NCBI GenBank assembly: GCA_005877705.1
Contig: VBNY01000202.1
Location: 4,242 to 36,470, forward strand
DNA length: 32,229 nucleotides
Source of the DNA: Gammaproteobacteria bacterium
GTDB lineage: Bacteria > Pseudomonadota > Gammaproteobacteria > Steroidobacterales > Steroidobacteraceae
Reading direction: 5' to 3'
In this document: positions 31,248 to 32,229 of the stretch, piece after piece
How positions within the stretch are numbered: the first letter of the stretch is position 1
Layout: each line of letters opens with the position of its first letter
Program-made: the position numbers and the translations under genes
The notes under the pieces: generated by a model
What the model saw: the letters and a program-made list of their open reading frames with translations, nothing else
Told to the model about the DNA's origin: nothing
Database searches by the model: none

Positions 31248-32018
31248 TCATCGCACGATGCTGCGGGTCGAACTGCCGATGAAATCGACGAACGCGCGGA
31301 TCTCCGGGTGGGCCGCGGCCAGCTCCCTCATTCGCTCGAGCGCTGCGGTGAGCAGCAGATCGGAGCGGTACAGGATGCGGTACGCCTCGCGGATGTTGCG
31401 GATCTGGTCCTCGCTGAAGCCGCGGCGCTTGAGCTCCTCGGAGTTGACCGCATGCGGCTGAGCCGGATTACCCGCCACGATGATGTACGGCGGTACATCG
31501 CGGGTGACGATCGCGCCGCCCGCGAGAAAGGCGTGCAGGCCGATCTTCGTGAACTGATGTACCGCGGAGAGCCCTCCGAGGATGGCCCAGTCGCCGATCT
31601 CGACGTGCCCGCCGAGAGAAGCGCAGTTGGCAAACACGGTGTGGTTGCCGATCACACAGTCGTGGGCAACATGCGAGTACGCCATGAACAGGTTATCGCT
31701 GCCGATACGCGTCACGCCCTTGTCGTGAGTGGTGCCGCGGTTGACGGTGCAGCTCTCGCGAAACACGTTGCGGTCGCCGATCTGCAGAGCAGTCGGCTCG
31801 CCCTGGTACTTCTTGTCCTGCGGAGCATCGCCGATCGAGGCGAACTGGAAGATGCGGTTGCCCGCGCCAATGGTCGTCGGGCCATTGATCACGACGTGCG
31901 GACCCACCACGGTCCCCGGACCGATCTGTACGTGCGGCCCGATGATCGTGAACGGTCCCACGGAGACATCCGACGCGAGCTGCGCCTGCGGCGACACAAT
32001 GGCCCGCGCGTCGATCAC
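31248..32018 (-). CDS. lpxA: Acyl-ACP--UDP-N-acetylglucosamine O-acyltransferase
   Basis: The 256-aa ORF has a GTG start with a GTGA overlap with the fabZ stop. It shows left-handed beta-helix hexapeptide repeats (IGPGTVVGPHVVINGPTTIGAGNRIFQFASIG) and a C-terminal helical domain. Confidence 0.96.
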   Translation of the reverse strand: MIDARAIVSPQAQLASDVSVGPFTIIGPHVQIGPGTVVGPHVVINGPTTIGAGNRIFQFASIGDAPQDKKYQGEPTALQIGDRNVFRESCTVNRGTTHDKGVTRIGSDNLFMAYSHVAHDCVIGNHTVFANCASLGGHVEIGDWAILGGLSAVHQFTKIGLHAFLAGGAIVTRDVPPYIIVAGNPAQPHAVNSEELKRRGFSEDQIRNIREAYRILYRSDLLLTAALERMRELAAAHPEIRAFVDFIGSSTRSIVR

Positions 32019-32229
32019 TTGCCCGCCTCCGGCGCCACCATCATGTCGGCGTGCGCCACCTCGCTGTCACCGACCAGCGCGATGGTCGAGAAGCGCCAGA
32101 TGCCCTTCAGAGCGCGCTCCAGCTGCGCGGTGAGCACGAGCTGATCGCCGGGCTCGACCGGCTTTCTGAAGCGCGCCTTGTCGATGCCGACGAAATAGAA
32201 CCGGGTGTGATCATCCGGCACCACGTTGG
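32015..32229 (-). CDS. fabZ: 3-hydroxyacyl-ACP dehydratase FabZ, C-terminal ~70 aa; the 5' end lies off the window
   Basis: ...NVVPDDHTRFYFVGIDKARFRKPVEPGDQLVLTAQLERALKGIWRFSTIALVGDSEVAHADMMV is the hot-dog fold C-terminus. It sits in the conserved fabZ-lpxA-lpxB position. Confidence 0.9.
   Translation of the reverse strand, partial: NVVPDDHTRFYFVGIDKARFRKPVEPGDQLVLTAQLERALKGIWRFSTIALVGDSEVAHADMMVAPEAGK

Overview
GC-rich gammaproteobacterial core-genome window, roughly two-thirds G+C by eye (not computed). The gene order resembles Xanthomonadales/Nevskiales-type genomes, which is an inference. I support 35 protein genes, 32 of them on the minus strand. In plus-strand coordinate order they are: lepA; a glutaredoxin-like gene with rseB-rseA-rpoE; sdhE with sdhB-A-D-C and a DUF1674/SDHAF4-like gene; ygfZ (+); lysS-prfB-recJ and an RpfE-type gene; an Mth938-like gene (+); pcm-surE; smrA (+); truD-ispF-ispD-ftsB-eno-kdsA-pyrG-tilS-accA-dnaE-rnhB-lpxB-lpxA-fabZ. 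I found no tRNA, rRNA, CRISPR array, IS/transposase, integrase, phage or defence-type genes. I see no multi-gene accessory or novel system here, and the window reads as housekeeping DNA. The leads worth a second look are small-scale. (1) A 77-nt near-perfect tandem duplication at the lpxA/lpxB junction has 15-bp inverted repeats that bracket the lpxB start codon and create a decoy uORF. (2) A ~460-bp, ~50% GC spacer after pcm carries stacked hairpins and a canonical minus-strand terminator, so it may be an sRNA or a long 3'UTR. (3) Three essential genes are not translatable as single ORFs as sequenced: lysS has a 58-nt gap, and ispD and dnaE have indels at homopolymer runs. Sequencing or assembly error is the most economical explanation and needs read-level checking. 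(4) A two-member hairpin family shows compensatory stem changes. (5) prfB has the classical programmed +1 frameshift. Many long ORFs in the track are antisense shadows or 5'-over-extended versions of real genes, and I re-set the starts where homology or overlap logic allowed.
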